Assembly (NCBI GenBank): GCA_036568505.1 | Contig: DATCSK010000028.1 | Span: 13,167 to 77,166, forward strand | Direction: 5' to 3' | Source: Pseudomonadales bacterium | Lineage (GTDB): Bacteria; Pseudomonadota; Gammaproteobacteria; Pseudomonadales; M0112 | DNA length: 64,000 nucleotides | Part shown: positions 17,708 to 27,175 of the stretch, piece by piece | Numbering within the stretch: the first letter of the stretch is position 1 | Layout of the letters: the number at the start of each line of letters is the position of its first letter | Notes under the pieces: generated by a model | Told to the model about the DNA's origin: nothing | Seen by the model: the letters and a program-made list of their open reading frames with translations, nothing else | The model's database searches: none | Made by a program: the position numbers and the translations under genes

Positions 17708-18475
17708 ATGACGGTTGTTGCGCTGTATCAGGCTTTACTGTGGTTTATCGTCGTGATGTCGGTTGCGGGCTTTGCGGGCTCTTTCTTTTACACCACCCCG
17801 TACGGGCGATTCAAAAAAGCAACCGATGAATGGACCTTGCCATCGCGTGCGGGTTGGTTGCTGATGGAGTTTCCGTGTCTGCTGGCGTTCGCATTGACCT
17901 ATTGGTTATTGGGCACGCATTCGCTGGCAACCGTGCCACTGTTGGTGTGGGGCGTGTGGCAGACGCACTATATTTATCGTTCTATTATTTTTCCTTTGCG
18001 CATGCGCGATCACGGCAAACGTATGCCAATGGGGGCGGTCGCTTTCGGTTTTGTATTCAATAGCATTAACGGGTTTTTGAATGGTTATGCGGTGAGTTCG
18101 CTGGCACCGCATTTGTTGGACACGGCCTGGTTGCTGACGCCATGGTTTATGGGCGGCGCTGTATTGATGCTGGTGGGTGTCACGATCAATATTCAATCCG
18201 ATGCTATTTTGCGTCATCTCAGGCAGCCCGGTGAAACGGGGTATAAAATCCCGCACGGCGGTTTGTATCGCTGGATTTCGGTGCCGAATTATCTGGGCGA
18301 AATCATTGAGTGGACGGGTTGGGCCATGCTTACGGCAACGCCGGCAGGTTGGTCGTTTGCATTGTTTTCATTTGCGAATTTGTTTCCGCGAGCGTTAGCG
18401 CACCATCGCTGGTATCAAAAGACGTTTAGCGATTACCCATCGAATCGTAAAGCCATTATTCCAGGCATCATTTAA
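17708..18475 (+). CDS. steroid 5-alpha-reductase / 3-oxo-5-alpha-steroid 4-dehydrogenase family membrane protein
   Basis: The likely start is ATG 17708 (MTVVALYQ..., 255 aa). Polytopic, with the C-terminal signature YKIPHGGLYRWISVPNYLGEIIEWTGWAM. Confidence 0.8.
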   Translation: MTVVALYQALLWFIVVMSVAGFAGSFFYTTPYGRFKKATDEWTLPSRAGWLLMEFPCLLAFALTYWLLGTHSLATVPLLVWGVWQTHYIYRSIIFPLRMRDHGKRMPMGAVAFGFVFNSINGFLNGYAVSSLAPHLLDTAWLLTPWFMGGAVLMLVGVTINIQSDAILRHLRQPGETGYKIPHGGLYRWISVPNYLGEIIEWTGWAMLTATPAGWSFALFSFANLFPRALAHHRWYQKTFSDYPSNRKAIIPGII

Positions 18476-18492
18476 TCACTGAGGAGTGTGTC

Positions 18493-19272
18493 ATGAGTTA
18501 TCAAGGAAAAGTGGCCGTTGTAACCGGCGGCGGCAGTGGCATGGGGCAATTGATGGCCAAGCGCTTGGCGGCCGGTGGTGCCAAAGTGGCGGTGCTTGAT
18601 ATGAACGAAGCGGGCATGCAGGCCACGGTATCGGCTGCAGCCGGCATTGAAGCCTACCGTTGTGATGTCTCCGATCTCACGTCGGTTAAAAGCACGCTGG
18701 CGGCCGTTCGCGATAGCTTGGGGGCTATTGATCTGCTGGTGCATTGCGCTGCCATCATGCCAACCAGCCCGATTCTGGAGGCGCCTGAAGGGCAAGCCAA
18801 TAAAGCGATGATGATCAATTACGGTGGAACGGTGAATACGATTGCCGATGTCATGCCGCCCATGGTGAAAGCCGGTAAAGGGCAGATCGTGATCTTCGGC
18901 TCCATTGCAGGCTCGGTGCTGGCATCACACTTGGCGGCTTATTGCGCCACCAAAGCGGCCACCAATGCCTATGTCGAAATTCTGATTGAAGAGACGCGGC
19001 ACACGGGGGTGCACGTCATGTTGGTTTGCCCGCCAATGGTCAATACGCCGCTGCTGAAACAGGCTGAAACAGGTTCCAATCCGAAAAATATCCAAATGGC
19101 CAAAGAAAAGAACCGGCTGGCCAGCCCGGAGTTCATTGTCGACCAGGTCGAGAAGGGGCTACAGAAGCGCACTGAAATCCTGATTCCCGGTGGCGAGGCT
19201 AAAACTTTGGTGCTGTTGCGCCGCTGGATGCCCCGCTTGCTCTGGAAAATCATCCATTTATCGATGAAATAG
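18493..19272 (+). CDS. SDR-family oxidoreductase
   Basis: 259 aa. Motifs are TGGGSGMGQLMA and YCATKAA (YxxxK). Starts 17 nt after the reductase-family gene. Confidence 0.85.
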   Translation: MSYQGKVAVVTGGGSGMGQLMAKRLAAGGAKVAVLDMNEAGMQATVSAAAGIEAYRCDVSDLTSVKSTLAAVRDSLGAIDLLVHCAAIMPTSPILEAPEGQANKAMMINYGGTVNTIADVMPPMVKAGKGQIVIFGSIAGSVLASHLAAYCATKAATNAYVEILIEETRHTGVHVMLVCPPMVNTPLLKQAETGSNPKNIQMAKEKNRLASPEFIVDQVEKGLQKRTEILIPGGEAKTLVLLRRWMPRLLWKIIHLSMK

Positions 19273-19301
19273 GCTGTTTTGTGCCGGAGGGCTTGGCGTA
19301 G

Positions 19302-19317
19302 TGTGATAAATATCACA
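19302..19317. promoter_or_regulatory. CRP/Vfr-type binding-site palindrome
   Basis: TGTGA-TAAATA-TCACA matches both consensus half-sites (TGTGA-N6-TCACA) perfectly. Its centre is about 63 bp upstream of ATG 19373. Confidence 0.55.
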
Positions 19318-19372
19318 GAATAGCCGCTCTCAGGCGTAGGCCTTGGGTTACCCAGAATAAAAGGAGAACAGC

Positions 19373-19585
19373 ATGGCAGACGAGAAAGGCATTCAGATTG
19401 AACTGTATAACGCGCAAGACAAGGCTTATGGCGAAGGTCAAAAGCGTCAGCTGGCGGTTGAAGCTGCACTGAAGCTGATTCATGCAGAAGCCCTCGGCGG
19501 TGGTGCCTCCGTGAACACGCTGTACAGCAATATGAATGAATTGCAGCGTTACGCAGATCAAATCCAGAAAGCACTCGAAGTATAA
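19373..19585 (+). CDS. small hypothetical protein (70 aa), helical-looking
   Basis: A strong SD (AAAAGGAGAACAGC then ATG) and codon usage like its neighbours. I recognise no family. The hairpin CGGCACC-N8-GGTGCCG follows at 19596-19617. Confidence 0.6.
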   Translation: MADEKGIQIELYNAQDKAYGEGQKRQLAVEAALKLIHAEALGGGASVNTLYSNMNELQRYADQIQKALEV

Positions 19586-19655
19586 TGACGTCGCTCGGCA
19601 CCTCCCTTGGGGTGCCGGGTAATTTCTGGATACAAGGGGCAGCTCAGGCCAACTC

Positions 19656-21158
19656 ATGACAGTTCGTACCCGTATTGCACCTTCTCCTACCGGTGACCCT
19701 CATGTGGGCACTGCCTATATCGCCTTATTCAACTATTGTTTTGCCAAAGTCCATGGCGGGCAATTTTTGTTGCGCATTGAAGATACTGACCAGGTGCGTT
19801 CGACGCCCGAATCCGAGCAGGCCATTCTGGAATCGCTGCGTTGGTTAGGCCTCGATTGGGATGAAGGCCCCGATGTGGGTGGGGATTGCGGTCCTTATCG
19901 GCAAAGCGAACGCCGCGCGATTTATCAAGAACACGCGGAATCCTTGTTGGCCAATGGCCATGCCTTTCGTTGTTTTTGCAGTGCCGAACGGCTCGATGCC
20001 TTGCGCAAAACCCAGATGGAGCAGCAACAGCCGGTTGGTTATGACGGTCATTGCCTGCAGCTGAGTCAGGCCGAGATGCGTGAGAAGCTGGAGGCCGGCG
20101 AAGCGCACGTGGTTCGTATGAAGGTGCCTGATGAGGGCATTTGTGTCATTAACGATTTATTGCGTGGCCCGATTGAAATCGAATGGGCGCAGGTCGATAG
20201 GCAAGTGTTGGTGAAAGCCGACGGCATGCCCACCTACCATCTGGCCAATGTGGTCGATGACCATTTAATGAAAATCACCCACGTGATTCGTGGCGAAGAG
20301 TGGATCAGCTCGGCCCCCAAACATTTGTTGTTGTACCGCTACTTCGGTTGGGAGCCGCCGGAGTTTTGCCATTTGCCACTGCTGCGTAACCCGGACAAGA
20401 GCAAGCTCAGCAAGCGTAAAAACCCGACCAGCATTTTGTTTTATCGCCGTATGGGTTATTTGCCCGAAGCCTTGCTGAATTATCTTGGTCGTATGGGATG
20501 GTCCATGCCCGATGAGCGTGAAAAATTCACGCTCGCAGAAATGCTGAATCACTTTGACTTGCAACGCGTGTCGCTGGGCGGCCCGGTATTCGATGTCGAG
20601 AAACTGCGTTGGTTGAATGGCTTGTGGATACGTGAAAACTTTAATGCCGATCAACTGGCCGATGCCCTGCAAGCCTGGATGCTCAATCGCGAGAATCTGT
20701 TGGCCGTGCTGCCGCATATTCAGCCGCGCCTGGAAGTGCTCAGTGACATTGGCCACTTGGCCGGTTTTCTGGTCAATGGCATGCCGTCGATCCAGGCCGC
20801 AGACATTGAAGCCACCGGTATGGATGCCGAGACCTGCCAGCAGATACTGCAATTGTCATTGTGGCAGCTTGATGGTTTGCGCCGCTGGGAGCGCGATGCC
20901 ATTTTCGAGGCTTTGAAAGCCTTGGCCGATGCCATGGGCATCAAGATGAAGCAATTCCTGTTGCCGGTGTTTGTTGCCGTCACCGGTTCTGCCAGTTCGT
21001 TCTCGATTATGGACGCCATGGTATTGCTGGGCTCGGACATGAGCCGGGCGCGTCTGCGTCATGCATTGGAGATGCAAGGTGGCGTGTCGGGTAAAAAGCA
21101 AAAGCAGCTTGAAAAGACCTATCGCGCATTGATGGCTGCCGAGCCGGATGCGCCTTGA
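19656..21158 (+). CDS. gltX: glutamate--tRNA ligase
   Basis: 500 aa. Class I motifs [12 protein letters not shown] (HIGH-type) and KLSKRK (KMSKS-type). Confidence 0.96.
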   Translation: MTVRTRIAPSPTGDPHVGTAYIALFNYCFAKVHGGQFLLRIEDTDQVRSTPESEQAILESLRWLGLDWDEGPDVGGDCGPYRQSERRAIYQEHAESLLANGHAFRCFCSAERLDALRKTQMEQQQPVGYDGHCLQLSQAEMREKLEAGEAHVVRMKVPDEGICVINDLLRGPIEIEWAQVDRQVLVKADGMPTYHLANVVDDHLMKITHVIRGEEWISSAPKHLLLYRYFGWEPPEFCHLPLLRNPDKSKLSKRKNPTSILFYRRMGYLPEALLNYLGRMGWSMPDEREKFTLAEMLNHFDLQRVSLGGPVFDVEKLRWLNGLWIRENFNADQLADALQAWMLNRENLLAVLPHIQPRLEVLSDIGHLAGFLVNGMPSIQAADIEATGMDAETCQQILQLSLWQLDGLRRWERDAIFEALKALADAMGIKMKQFLLPVFVAVTGSASSFSIMDAMVLLGSDMSRARLRHALEMQGGVSGKKQKQLEKTYRALMAAEPDAP

Positions 21159-21183
21159 CAGGTTTGGAGGGCGTCCCTACAAT
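21154..21183 (+). promoter_or_regulatory. sigma70-type promoter for tRNA-Ala
   Basis: TTGACA (21154-21159)-N18-TACAAT (21178-21183). It overlaps the gltX stop, and the tRNA starts at 21202. Confidence 0.55.
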
Positions 21184-21201
21184 CACGCCTCCTTTTTATA
21201 A

Positions 21202-21277
<76 letters not shown>

Positions 21278-21280
21278 AAA

Positions 21281-21309
21281 CAAAAAACCGGACGCCCGTC
21301 CGGTTTTTT
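21281..21309 (+). terminator. intrinsic terminator after tRNA-Ala
   Basis: CCGGACG-CCC-CGTCCGG followed by a T7 run. Confidence 0.88.
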
Positions 21310-21418
21310 TATGGGCGTTCTGGATGCATTCGGGGTGATCAAAATGCGTACAAGTTCCGGTTTTTTGAGTGTTCGGTGATTATCCTTGACGCACTCATAA
21401 CAACAGCAAGGAGCTTTT

Positions 21419-21640
21419 ATGATGATGCGCAGGGAAGGCGATGCCCCGGAACAGTCCGTGTTTCGTTCAGAGCGGTTTTTTTGTATTGATGGTGACTGGT
21501 TTGCCTATACGCGAGAAGGCAAGCCGCTGGGGCCGTTCGAGAGTCGCCAAGAGGCGCGCATCGAACTCGATTTCTGGCTGCGTGATCACGGGGTATTTGA
21601 TCGGGCGCCTAAAGATTACAATCAATATTTTGCTGGATGA
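21419..21640 (+). CDS. small conserved hypothetical protein (73 aa)
   Basis: SD AAGGAG lies upstream. FRSERFFCIDGDWFAYTREGKPLGPFESRQEARIELDFWL resembles a small family I recall from marine gammaproteobacteria. No function is known. Confidence 0.6.
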   Translation: MMMRREGDAPEQSVFRSERFFCIDGDWFAYTREGKPLGPFESRQEARIELDFWLRDHGVFDRAPKDYNQYFAG

Positions 21641-21654
21641 CGTATTACGCCGCA

Positions 21655-21685
21655 TCAAAAAAGCCGCCTGAAGGCGGCTTTTTTG
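21655..21685. terminator. bidirectional intrinsic terminator (73-aa gene / pdxJ)
   Basis: AAAAAAGCCGCC-TGAA-GGCGGCTTTTTT. Confidence 0.88.
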
Positions 21686-21696
21686 TGGGTGCCGTT

Positions 21697-22470
21697 TTAA
21701 CGGCCAGTCGCGGGGTTTAATGCCTCACGATACGCCTGGATGGTGTTTGTCCAGCCGTGGAGCAGGGCATCGACGACCAAGGCATGGCCAATGGAGACTT
21801 CCAGTAAGCCCGGCCAATCGCGCATGAACGGAATATTCACAAGGTTGAGATCATGGCCGGCGTTAACGCCTAACCCGGCATCGACAGCGGCTTCGGCGGC
21901 TTGTCGATACGCCTCAGTGATGGTGGCGATCTGGCGCTGCTGTGCACAGGCAGCAGCAAAAGGGCCGGTGTAGAGTTCAATGCGATCGGCGCCCAGTGCG
22001 GCGGCACGCTGAATCTGTTTGATGTCAGGGTCCATGAACAGGCTGACGCGGCAGCCCCAGTCGTGCAGTTGTTCAATCACGGGACGCAAGCGATCGCCAT
22101 CGGCGATTAAATCGAAGCCGTGATCGGAGGTGAGTTGGCTGTTGTTGTCCGGCACCAGCGTGCATTGCGCGGGCCGGGCGCGCTCAACGAGCGGCATGAA
22201 ACCCGGATAGTCCGCAATGCCGGCACGCGTGCCGGGCATCGCACCGGCAAACGGATTGCCTTCGATGTTGAATTCAACGCTTAACTGGCCGGCAAACGCT
22301 TGAATATCGCTCACGCGAATATGCCGCTGGTCGGGGCGTGGGTGCACGGTAATGCCGTCGGCGCCGGACTCAATGGCCGATTGCGCAAAAGCCGCAACAT
22401 CCGGGAAATTGCCGTCGCGCGAATTGCGGATGAGCGCAATTTTGTTGAGGTTCACGCTCAGTGCAATCAC
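21697..22470 (-). CDS. pdxJ: pyridoxine 5'-phosphate synthase
   Basis: 257 aa. Motifs are LSVNLNKIALIRNSR, ITVHPRPDQRHI and GVNAGHDLN. ATGA overlap with the upstream PPIase gene. Confidence 0.95.
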   Translation of the reverse strand: MIALSVNLNKIALIRNSRDGNFPDVAAFAQSAIESGADGITVHPRPDQRHIRVSDIQAFAGQLSVEFNIEGNPFAGAMPGTRAGIADYPGFMPLVERARPAQCTLVPDNNSQLTSDHGFDLIADGDRLRPVIEQLHDWGCRVSLFMDPDIKQIQRAAALGADRIELYTGPFAAACAQQRQIATITEAYRQAAEAAVDAGLGVNAGHDLNLVNIPFMRDWPGLLEVSIGHALVVDALLHGWTNTIQAYREALNPATGR

Positions 22471-23054
22471 AGTCCGGGCTCTTGCCGATACGCTTTGATA
22501 ATCAATAAGGGTGTTTCGGGTACGTCATCAAGATGGCCGCGTGTGGCGCGCGGTGTTTTCGTGGCCGCTTCCAGGATGTCTTGCCCTGCAATGATGTCAG
22601 CAAACACGGTATAACCCGGTTTGCTGTAACTGAAATTCAATTCACTGTTATTGGCTAAATTAATAAAAAACTGGCTGCCGGCACTGTCCGGGTCGTTCAG
22701 GCGTGCCATCGCGACAGACCATTTTCGGTTGGGTAGGCGATTGCGCGATTCGTTGGGGATGCTGACTGATACGGCTTTTTCAACCAGCTCGGGCGTGAAC
22801 CCGCCGCCTTGAATAATAAAGCCGGGAATCACCCGATGAAAAATCGTGCCGTCATAAAAACCGCTATCCACATGGTTCAGAAATTGTTGTGTGGTTTTTG
22901 GTGCTTTGCTGTTGAACAATTGCATGACCACCGGGCCTTGGTCGGTTTCGAGCACAACGCGCACATCGCCTGAATCAGCGCCTTGCGGGTTGCTGTCGGC
23001 GGTAACACCAAGGCTTACCGCCAGCAGCAATAACAGGCAAGCGAAAGAACGCAT
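22467..23054 (-). CDS. periplasmic cyclophilin-type peptidyl-prolyl isomerase
   Basis: 195 aa with a signal peptide. FHRVIPGFIIQGGGF and the SAGSQFFI cyclophilin core are present. Confidence 0.92.
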   Translation of the reverse strand: MRSFACLLLLLAVSLGVTADSNPQGADSGDVRVVLETDQGPVVMQLFNSKAPKTTQQFLNHVDSGFYDGTIFHRVIPGFIIQGGGFTPELVEKAVSVSIPNESRNRLPNRKWSVAMARLNDPDSAGSQFFINLANNSELNFSYSKPGYTVFADIIAGQDILEAATKTPRATRGHLDDVPETPLLIIKAYRQEPGL

Positions 23055-23713
23055 TATTTCCAGTCACCGCGGCGACGGCGCGGCGCCAAACGTGGAATGG
23101 CAAGTGCCAGCACCACACCAAACCCGACGGCAATCACGCCGTTTAAAAACCATTCTTGTTCGGTGCGTTCTTTCAGGCGTTCGACTTCGCTGGAAAGTAC
23201 GGCGACTTCGGTGTGCAGTTGCTCGTTTTCTTTGACCAATTGTTTGTTGTTTTCATTGAGCTGAATGGAGTTGGTGGCAATTTTTTTAATTTCGGCGAGT
23301 TCTTCAACGGCTTGTTTGGCTTGCTGGCCGCTTTCGGTGGATTGTTTTTCCAGCAGCTTGTTGTTTTCTTCCAGCGTGCGCACCAGGGAGCGCAGTTTGG
23401 TGGCGTCTTCTTGTACGGCTTTTAATTGTTGTTGTGCCGCTTCAAGGCGCACTCTGGCGACAGGCTCATTGACCAGGTATTGACTGGGCATCCAGCCCTC
23501 AAGGCTGCCGATGCGTATTTTAATAAAGCTGCCGTCTTCATTCTGGCCAATCACTTCAACGGCGGTGCCGCTTTTCAGGCCTTTGTGAATAATACGGCCT
23601 TGCGGGCTGTCGGTACTGCGCACCGGGACGTACAGGCTATCAATGATGTAGCGTGTTTCGGCATGCAAGGGCAGGGCGAGTAGTAATAGCAGGCAGGTGG
23701 TCAACAGTTTCAC
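23054..23713 (-). CDS. SH3-domain membrane protein (YgiM/TIGR04211-like) with coiled coil and C-terminal TM anchor
   Basis: The probable start is GTG 23713, which follows GAGGAA and gives the signal peptide KLLTTCLLLLLALPLHA. The track ORF starts at 23749. An SH3b-like region is followed by a long heptad region. Its stop overlaps the PPIase start (TAATG). Confidence 0.75.
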   Translation of the reverse strand: MKLLTTCLLLLLALPLHAETRYIIDSLYVPVRSTDSPQGRIIHKGLKSGTAVEVIGQNEDGSFIKIRIGSLEGWMPSQYLVNEPVARVRLEAAQQQLKAVQEDATKLRSLVRTLEENNKLLEKQSTESGQQAKQAVEELAEIKKIATNSIQLNENNKQLVKENEQLHTEVAVLSSEVERLKERTEQEWFLNGVIAVGFGVVLALAIPRLAPRRRRGDWK

Positions 23714-23781
23714 AGTCCATTCCTCGACGCGATGAGTAAATAAAGCCATCTCACTTTAATGATACCGGTCAGCCTGTCAAC

Positions 23782-24081
23782 TCAAGGCAAGACATGCCGG
23801 AAAGGCTTGATGGTAACACTCCGGTACACTTTTTCTGCATGGTACGGGTCAGCAGCGGCCCATTGTTCGGCATCGGCGAGCGATGCGAACTCGGCCACAA
23901 TCAGGCTGCCGGTAAAGCCCGCATCGCCGGGTGTGTTCGACTCAATCGCAGGAAAGGGGCCGGCGAGCAGTAAGCGGCCTTGGCGCTTCAAGTCTTCAAG
24001 GCGTGTCAGATGGGCCGGGCGGGCTTGTTGACGGCCGTGCAGGCTGCCGGGATTGTCTTGGCAAATAATGGCAAACAGCAT
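23782..24081 (-). CDS. YciI-family protein
   Basis: The likely start is M46 of the track ORF (MLFAIICQDNPGS..., 99 aa), which removes the overlap with yciB. Size and sequence are typical of YciI. Confidence 0.8.
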   Translation of the reverse strand: MLFAIICQDNPGSLHGRQQARPAHLTRLEDLKRQGRLLLAGPFPAIESNTPGDAGFTGSLIVAEFASLADAEQWAAADPYHAEKVYRSVTIKPFRHVLP

Positions 24082-24088
24082 GATGACC

Positions 24089-24682
24089 TCATGATTCGGC
24101 AGTGGGGTTATCGTCGCTCGATAGATGCGGCGCAACAATCGCGGCCGTGGCAATGGCCAGTAACACCGTAAAGCCAATCGAACTGATGAGCTTGAAGCTA
24201 ATCCACACGGCTTCACTGTACTGATAAGCCACGTATAAGTTCAGGCTGCCGACCAACAGGCAGTTGAAGAACCACAGTAAATCGAGACGCCACCACACGA
24301 CATCGGGCATGTTGAGCTGCTTGCCCAGTGTGAGTTTCATCAAGCTGTTTTTAAAAACTAGCCGTGCGCCGAGCAATGCCAGCGCCAGTCCCCAATTGAA
24401 GACAGTGGGTTTCCACATGATGAAGTGGCTGTTATGAAAGGCCAGTGTCAGCGTGCCCATGACCACAATAATCAGGGTTAGAAACAGCAAGCGCTTTTCC
24501 AGCGTGCGGTGTTTAATCCAGACAGCGGCGGCAACCACCGCCGAGGCAATCACAAACACCAGCGTGGCGCTCATAAAACCGTCGAACACGAACTCCTGCG
24601 AGCCGAGTTGTATGGACTCGCCTTTTAAAAAGTAGGTGCCGAAAAACAGCAGCAGGGGAATGAGTTCAGCGACTTGTTGCAT
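24089..24682 (-). CDS. yciB: intracellular septation protein A (YciB/IspZ)
   Basis: 197 aa with five TM segments. The N-terminus LIPLLLFFGTYF is typical of YciB. Confidence 0.88.
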   Translation of the reverse strand: MQQVAELIPLLLFFGTYFLKGESIQLGSQEFVFDGFMSATLVFVIASAVVAAAVWIKHRTLEKRLLFLTLIIVVMGTLTLAFHNSHFIMWKPTVFNWGLALALLGARLVFKNSLMKLTLGKQLNMPDVVWWRLDLLWFFNCLLVGSLNLYVAYQYSEAVWISFKLISSIGFTVLLAIATAAIVAPHLSSDDNPTAES

Positions 24683-24726
24683 GGGTTTATCTGCAGTGGG
24701 TAGGCCGCTAATGATACCCTAAGCGC

Positions 24727-25596
24727 ATGGACAGAGACCTTATTGCGACCCCCCGTGTTGACTTGCATCTGCACACCACTGCATCGGACGGCACCTTGGC
24801 GCCTGCCGAGCTGGTGGCGTTGGTGGCCTCCACCGATGTTGCACTGATGGCGATCACCGATCACGACACCTTGGACGGCTACCGTGCCGTCGCCGACAGT
24901 GCGGCAACGCCCGCGCTGATTTGCGGCATTGAATGGTCGTCGCGCTGGTCGGCCGGTGAAGTGCATGTGGTGGGCTTGGGCATGAACCCGGAGGACCCGG
25001 TGTTTAACGAGCGCGTGCAAACCCAGCAGGCCATGCGCCCTGCACGGGCCGCGCGCATGGCCGAGCGGCTGGCGCGTTGCGGTATTGCCGATGCGTTGGC
25101 CGGTGCCGAGGCGATTGCGCAGGGCGGCTCGATTGGGCGGGTGCATTTTGCACGCTATCTGGTGCAGTGCGGTGCCGTGCATTCTGAAGACGAAGCCTTC
25201 CGGCGCTATTTGGGCGATGGCGGGCGGGCGCACGTGCGTTGCGAATGGCCGATGCTGGCTGACATTGTGCATTGGACTCAGGCCGCCGGAGGGGTTGCCG
25301 TGCTGGCGCATCCGTTGAAATACAGGCTGACACGCACCAAGCTGGCGCGGCTGATGACCGAGTTTGCCGAGGCCGGCGGCGATGCGATCGAGTGGCCGTA
25401 TCTGCAAAAAGGCCAGGATCGTGATCTTGAGCGCTGGTTGATCCGTCAAATGACCGCGCACGGTTTTAAAGCCTCGGTCGGCAGTGATTTTCACGGGCAA
25501 GACAGTCGCTGGAACCGGCCCGGCAAGGTCGCGCGCCTGCCCGAGGGGGTCGAGCCGGTTTGGACGCGTTGGCTGCCAGTCGGAGTTTCCGCATGA
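24727..25596 (+). CDS. PHP-domain phosphoesterase (TrpH/YciV-like)
   Basis: 289 aa. Motifs are DLHLHTTASDGTL, AITDHDT and LAHP. Confidence 0.88.
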   Translation: MDRDLIATPRVDLHLHTTASDGTLAPAELVALVASTDVALMAITDHDTLDGYRAVADSAATPALICGIEWSSRWSAGEVHVVGLGMNPEDPVFNERVQTQQAMRPARAARMAERLARCGIADALAGAEAIAQGGSIGRVHFARYLVQCGAVHSEDEAFRRYLGDGGRAHVRCEWPMLADIVHWTQAAGGVAVLAHPLKYRLTRTKLARLMTEFAEAGGDAIEWPYLQKGQDRDLERWLIRQMTAHGFKASVGSDFHGQDSRWNRPGKVARLPEGVEPVWTRWLPVGVSA

Positions 25597-26213
25597 GCCA
25601 GTTCTTCGTGATTCACCCCGATAACCCGCAAGCCCGCTTGATTCGGCAGGCCGTGGATATCTTGAATGCCGGTGGCGTGATTATTTACCCGACCGATTCG
25701 GCCTATGCGCTGGGTTGCCGCATTGGCGATAAAGATGCGATTGAGCGCATTCGCAGCATTCGCAAGCTCGATGATAAACATAACTTCACGCTGGTGTGCC
25801 GTGATTTGTCGGAGTTGGCCACCTATGCCCGGGTCGATAACCCGACCTACCGCTGGCTGAAGCAGGCCACGCCCGGGGCCTATACCTTTATTCTGGAGGC
25901 CAGCAAAGAAGTACCGCGTCGGCTGATGCACCCCAAACGCAAGACCATTGGCATTCGCGTGCCCGATCACCCCATCACCCGCGATCTGCTGGCCACCCTC
26001 GGTGAGCCGTTGATGAGCGTCACGCTGATTCTGCCCGGAGAAGAGCTGCCTCAGACAGACCCTTATGAAATCAGGCACTTACTGGAGCATGCGGTGGATC
26101 TGATTATTGATGGCGGTTACTGCGGGCTGGAACCCACCACGATTGTCGATTTGTCGGCCGGCGACCCGGTTGTGCTGCGCGAAGGCAAGGGCTCGGCGGA
26201 TATCTTCCGTTGA
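25593..26213 (+). CDS. Sua5/YciO/YrdC-family protein (YciO-like)
   Basis: Start at ATG 25593 (MSQFFVIHPDNPQ), forming an ATGA overlap with the PHP gene. Contains YPTDSAYALGC and KxR motifs. Confidence 0.88.
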   Translation: MSQFFVIHPDNPQARLIRQAVDILNAGGVIIYPTDSAYALGCRIGDKDAIERIRSIRKLDDKHNFTLVCRDLSELATYARVDNPTYRWLKQATPGAYTFILEASKEVPRRLMHPKRKTIGIRVPDHPITRDLLATLGEPLMSVTLILPGEELPQTDPYEIRHLLEHAVDLIIDGGYCGLEPTTIVDLSAGDPVVLREGKGSADIFR

Positions 26214-26302
26214 TGGCCTGTCAAGGCTGTTATCACCTGCCGATGCCGGTATAATTCGCTCCATAATTCGAACCACCCCCGCCACCTTGCCGGTTTTGCT
26301 GC

Positions 26303-27175
26303 ATGAATGACACTGCCCAGCCTGCGGATGTATTGCCCGATGTGACTGACGATGCTTCGGTCGCCGGCAGTGCCGCAGCCAAGCCCCAGCAAGAAGAGTT
26401 GCCGTTTGCCATTGTGCAAGGACAGGCTTACACCGAACTCCCCAAAGATTTGTACATTCCGCCCGATGCATTAAAAGTCTTCCTGGAGGCTTTTGAAGGC
26501 CCGCTCGATTTGCTGCTGTACCTGATCAAGCGCCAGAACCTCGATATTCTCGAGATCGATGTGTCGGAGATCACCGACCAGTACGTGCGTTATGTTGAAT
26601 TGATGGATGTGATGCAGTTTGAACTGGCCGCCGAATACCTGGTGATGGCCGCCATGCTCGCTGAAATCAAATCGCGCATGCTGTTGCCGCGCAGCAATAC
26701 CGGCGAAGACGGCGAAGAGGAAGACCCGCGTGCCGAATTGATCCGTCGCCTGCAGCAGTACGAGCGCTTCCGTCAGGCGGCTGAAGATATCGATGAGTTG
26801 CCGCGTCTGGATCGTGATGTGTTCGAAGCCACCGCCGAGCCGCCGGATTATCACATTCCGCGGCCCGAGCCCGAGGTCGAATTAAAAGAGATTCTGCTGG
26901 CGCTGGCTGAAGTACTTTCACGCGCACAGATGAACCAGAGTCATCATATCCACCGCGAAAAGCTCTCGACCCGCGAGCGCATGACCCAGGTGCTCGAGCG
27001 CCTGAGCCGCAGCGATGGCTTTGTTCCCTTTATCAGTTTGTTCCGTGTCGACGAAGGCCGGTTGGGCGTGGTGGTCACCTTTTTGGCGTTGATGGAACTG
27101 ATCAAAGAATCATTAATTGAAATTGTGCAGACCGAACCATTAGGTCCTATTCATGTGAAGGCGAGAACGGCATGA
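26303..27175 (+). CDS. scpA: segregation and condensation protein A
   Basis: 290 aa with FEGPLDLLLYLIKRQNLDILEIDVSEITDQY. Confidence 0.92.
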   Translation: MNDTAQPADVLPDVTDDASVAGSAAAKPQQEELPFAIVQGQAYTELPKDLYIPPDALKVFLEAFEGPLDLLLYLIKRQNLDILEIDVSEITDQYVRYVELMDVMQFELAAEYLVMAAMLAEIKSRMLLPRSNTGEDGEEEDPRAELIRRLQQYERFRQAAEDIDELPRLDRDVFEATAEPPDYHIPRPEPEVELKEILLALAEVLSRAQMNQSHHIHREKLSTRERMTQVLERLSRSDGFVPFISLFRVDEGRLGVVVTFLALMELIKESLIEIVQTEPLGPIHVKARTA

